A DNA stretch of 61,522 nucleotides, from positions 62,001 to 123,522 of the forward strand of contig JALJEE010001766.1 of assembly GCA_023231475.1 (NCBI GenBank). Reading direction: 5' to 3'. The notes below the pieces were generated by a model, which was given only the letters and a program-made list of their open reading frames with translations, was not told the origin of the DNA and made no database searches. The first letter of the stretch is position 1; every line of letters starts with the position of its first letter. The DNA is from Seison nebaliae (Eukaryota). This document shows, piece after piece, positions 58,401 through 61,522 of this stretch. The position numbers and the translations under genes are program-made.

Positions 58401-60154
58401 CAAGCATCGGTAGTGAATGCTAGAAATTTTATATGTTTGTACATTTTTAGATGTTGTAAGCCAGTATCCAAATCATAGAACATTACATAATTGATTGCAC
58501 TGTTTTGTTGGAGGAAGACATAGACTAAAGTATCATCAAACATTCCGCACTATCATTAGAAGACGATTGAGAAATTTGAAAATGGAAAAATTTAGAATTG
58601 ATAACTTTCTGTTCAGTTCGAACATTAGCAAAAAATATCAGATTGTCAATTGCAATGGCAATTCGAGTATCATCATAATCCCAAGCCAGCGATGTCAATA
58701 ATTTCCCGTCGAATTTAAAAATTGAAACATTCTAAATGAAAAGAATTCTTAACAAATTTTTACCATGAAACAAAGTTAACTTGTCCGAATGGTGAGAAGA
58801 ATTGGACGATATTTCGAGCACCATCTGTATATTCATCTGAAGTAGATAACACGCCACCAATGGCGAGAATACTGCCAGTATTATTCCATTCCATAGATTG
58901 AATAGAGGAATGTGCGTCAATCATTACCGGTTTCTCGTCGTATGCATGTCTCATCAATTGCAAACGTCCATTTGGAAAAGCGATGGCTAACGTCGGTGCT
59001 TCAGCTGATACGAATCCTCTCCTTCCATCATACCATTTCAAAGCGACCACATCTAACTTTGTCATTTTATCATCCAAACAATTAATAGGTAGTTGTTGCT
59101 ATTAAATGTTCAATTTCGATGTTCATTATTCTCGATCAATGTAAACTAACCATAAATACACCATCACTTTTATAAGCATAAACATTTCCTTCACCAGTGC
59201 CAAATAGAAGGATTTCACTTGATGGTGACCACTGATGATTAGAAGAATGATTTTTTAAAAACAAAAGAAAATTTCAATTGTCAACTTCTACTGCAGTTAA
59301 TTTCTCTTCGACTATTGTCCTTCCCCATAATCGATCGCCATCGGCTGTTCCAATAATGACAGCACCATCTTCGTAGATGATTGCCATATATTGTCCATCG
59401 GAACTCCATTTGATTCCAGTGACGGTACTCTTTCCTCGATTATTTGTCATCGACTGATACCAAGCACCTAAGAATAAATTTATTTGAATAAAGGAATCGA
59501 GAAAATATTGAAATCATCTTCAAATCATTAAACAGAATCACCTTTTTTATCTAGCTCAAATTGCTTTATAATTTTGGAATCGAAAGTCAATAAAGCTTTT
59601 TCCGGATGCCATTCAATTATATATACCGGATTCCCTATTACCCAAACAAATAGAACGAAAATTAAATTAAAATTAAATTAAATTTATCAAGAATCGAAAA
59701 AAAATTAAATGAAATTATTTTTAATTGGAAAATTTTTTAATAAATTTTTAAGTTACCGTTTTCTAACGACCATACAACAATCTCACCAGATGGATCTACC
59801 GAACTTAAATTAACTAACATTTCGTTCCATGACAAATCTATAATTCTCCCTAAATTCATCTTTTATAAAAGATTTGAAATTGATTTATCTAACCCTTATG
59901 TCCTTCCAAAGTTTCATTCATCGAAATTTTTAGATTAGCAGCGACACCACGTTCACGAATATCATCGGAAACAAGTTGGTGAATTAATTTTATTATTTTA
60001 ACAACTCCATTATCAGTTCCAGCTGCTACATATCCATGCATATGATTCCAAGATATTTTTGTAACCACTTGGTTGCTTGGCATCGCCACCTGTAATATGG
60101 TGTGAAAAGCAAAGTAGTAAATTAAATAACTTGTTTGCTTAAATAGATGAACAT
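55467..60154 (-). CDS. WDR35: Intraflagellar transport A subunit WDR35/IFT121, about 20 exons
   Basis: MFIYLSKQ|VAMP start, NLKISMNETLEGH, IIYEDGAVIIGTADGDRLWG, VQFFSPFG, GWKGAEAWHYYLLAQKQL, C-terminal CPFCH. Confidence 0.95.
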
Positions 60155-60248
60155 AATTGACCACCAAATTTAGAGATACCAAATTATTTTAAAAGTATTG
60201 GACTATATCGATAATAAGTAATGGATCATATAAATGGTTAGAATGTCC

Positions 60249-60262
60249 GTTATCATGACAAC
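60249..60262. promoter_or_regulatory. RFX X-box upstream of the ciliary gene WDR35
   Basis: GTTATCATGACAAC is a perfect match to GTHNYYATRRNAAC and lies 95-108 bp upstream of the ATG. Confidence 0.8.
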
Positions 60263-60563
60263 CAAAATAGAATGCAAAGTTTAATATTTTTATTATGAAA
60301 ACATTTGCTTATTGAAATATAAAATTTGAAATTAAATCCAAAAAATTAAGCTTAATCTGAATTTTTTTCGAATTAGACTTACAACAATCTTTAGCACAAC
60401 ATAAAGATACTGATCAAATGATGATAAATATTCCTCTTGTCTACGAAAATATTTGTAACTCGAAATTCGTAACTATTGATTAAACATTTAAATATTGATC
60501 TCTAAACTATTGTCTTGTAGTCTTATTATTTCTTACGATATTATGCTCGACATACTTGATATA

Positions 60564-61522
60564 TTTTTTTTTTTTATTTTAAGACGCGGAATCCCCATAG
60601 GATAAAGCGTAAAGAAAATCAATAAGTGAAGAAAAATTGTTACCGGAAATAAACTCACGACCACGAGACAACCCATCCCTCAGATGAATAGGAATAAATG
60701 ATTCGAGATTAAAATTGCTTACGAGTACTTCCAACTCTTCCATGGAGATGGGATATTGTAAGACATAGTATTGGCAGAAAAATTTTGCAGGACTGTTGAA
60801 TTGTTCACAGAGGAAAAGAAGATATGTTAATATCGGAAACGAGTGACAAATACCTCTTAACGATTAACAATGGGAAAAAGGAGATGCCCATTAGACAGAA
60901 CATAAATGCTCGATTGAAGGGACGTTTACATCCGAGTAAGATGCGGTAACACCGATTGTATGCTCTATTCATAGAGGTCATGGACTGTATGGAAAATGAG
61001 ATAGATGCCTGAATTCCATAAAAATCCGTGCAGAATGTACGAAATAGCTGGATTTTCAGTTCGATGGAAAATAGTTTTACACCGATGGTGAAAGGAATAA
61101 AACGCTGAAATAAATTTCGATCTAATTTTATCGATGGACGATGAAGATTTCAAACGATTATCGATTCTACATCCGAGGAAAATGAGATCATTATAAACTA
61201 TTTCTCGAAGTTCAGAATAGCGAGGTAAAATCGTTCGATTAGTTATGATCTTGGACTTCCTGTTGTTACATTCAATTCCGCACTGGCTCATTCTTCTCAC
61301 CACTACATCATAAACGGTTTTCAGGTTTTTTGATGAGGTTGCGAGGATGACTATATCATCAGCATATGCAAGAACTGCGGGATAATTATAGTTTTCCAAT
61401 GAAAACGAGAATCGGTTCTTACATGGAATTATTACATCATCAAGTATTTTCCCAAATATCCAAGGGGCGAGGATGGAACCTTGACGTACGCCTTTATTAA
61501 TTGCATATTCGTTTCCAATGTG
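60564..61522 (-). mobile_element. 3' end of a non-LTR retrotransposon (LINE), frameshifted; continues beyond the right window edge
   Basis: KGVRQGSILAPWIF, LAYADDIVIL, NNRKSKII, FLG. After a frameshift the sequence continues FYGIQ..YNRCYRILLG. AATAAA plus an A-tail lies at 60564-60579. Confidence 0.88.

Noticed and set aside
59468..59755. Possible snoRNA or transposon in the long WDR35 intron
   Set aside because: Only a short tccgg/ccgga stem was seen; no convincing C/D or H/ACA boxes, TIRs or TSD.

Overview
AT-rich, gene-dense animal (invertebrate bilaterian) nuclear DNA in the standard genetic code. About 23 protein-coding genes can be traced, most split by tiny GT-AG introns of roughly 36-60 nt, so the ORF track fragments or hides them. 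Hand-spliced genes: DEG/ENaC channel (runs off the left edge), IGFBP7/KAZALD1-like, MTR4, SEM1/DSS1, glutathione reductase, orphan 7TM receptor, LSM7, ZFAND2B, WIPI3/4, PTB, MINDY4B-like pseudo-DUB, GUCD1, ATG101, two secreted orphans, an ankyrin(+death domain?) protein, TRPC, PRDX4, WDR5, a secreted TSP1/CASPR-type protein, NDUFA4, an NPF/NPY precursor, a prion-like low-complexity protein and WDR35. There are also two decayed LINEs and a Mutator-like MITE. Main highlights: (1) most mini-introns use a GUU 5' splice site instead of the animal GURAG consensus; (2) an ER-type peroxiredoxin is fused to a metallothionein-like (CxCKDKE)n array; (3) the NPF prohormone carries an EF-hand motif; (4) a MITE with a 9-bp TSD inflated a 53-nt intron; (5) GUCD1 and ATG101 coding sequences overlap. 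All splicing and homology calls are manual and were not checked against databases.
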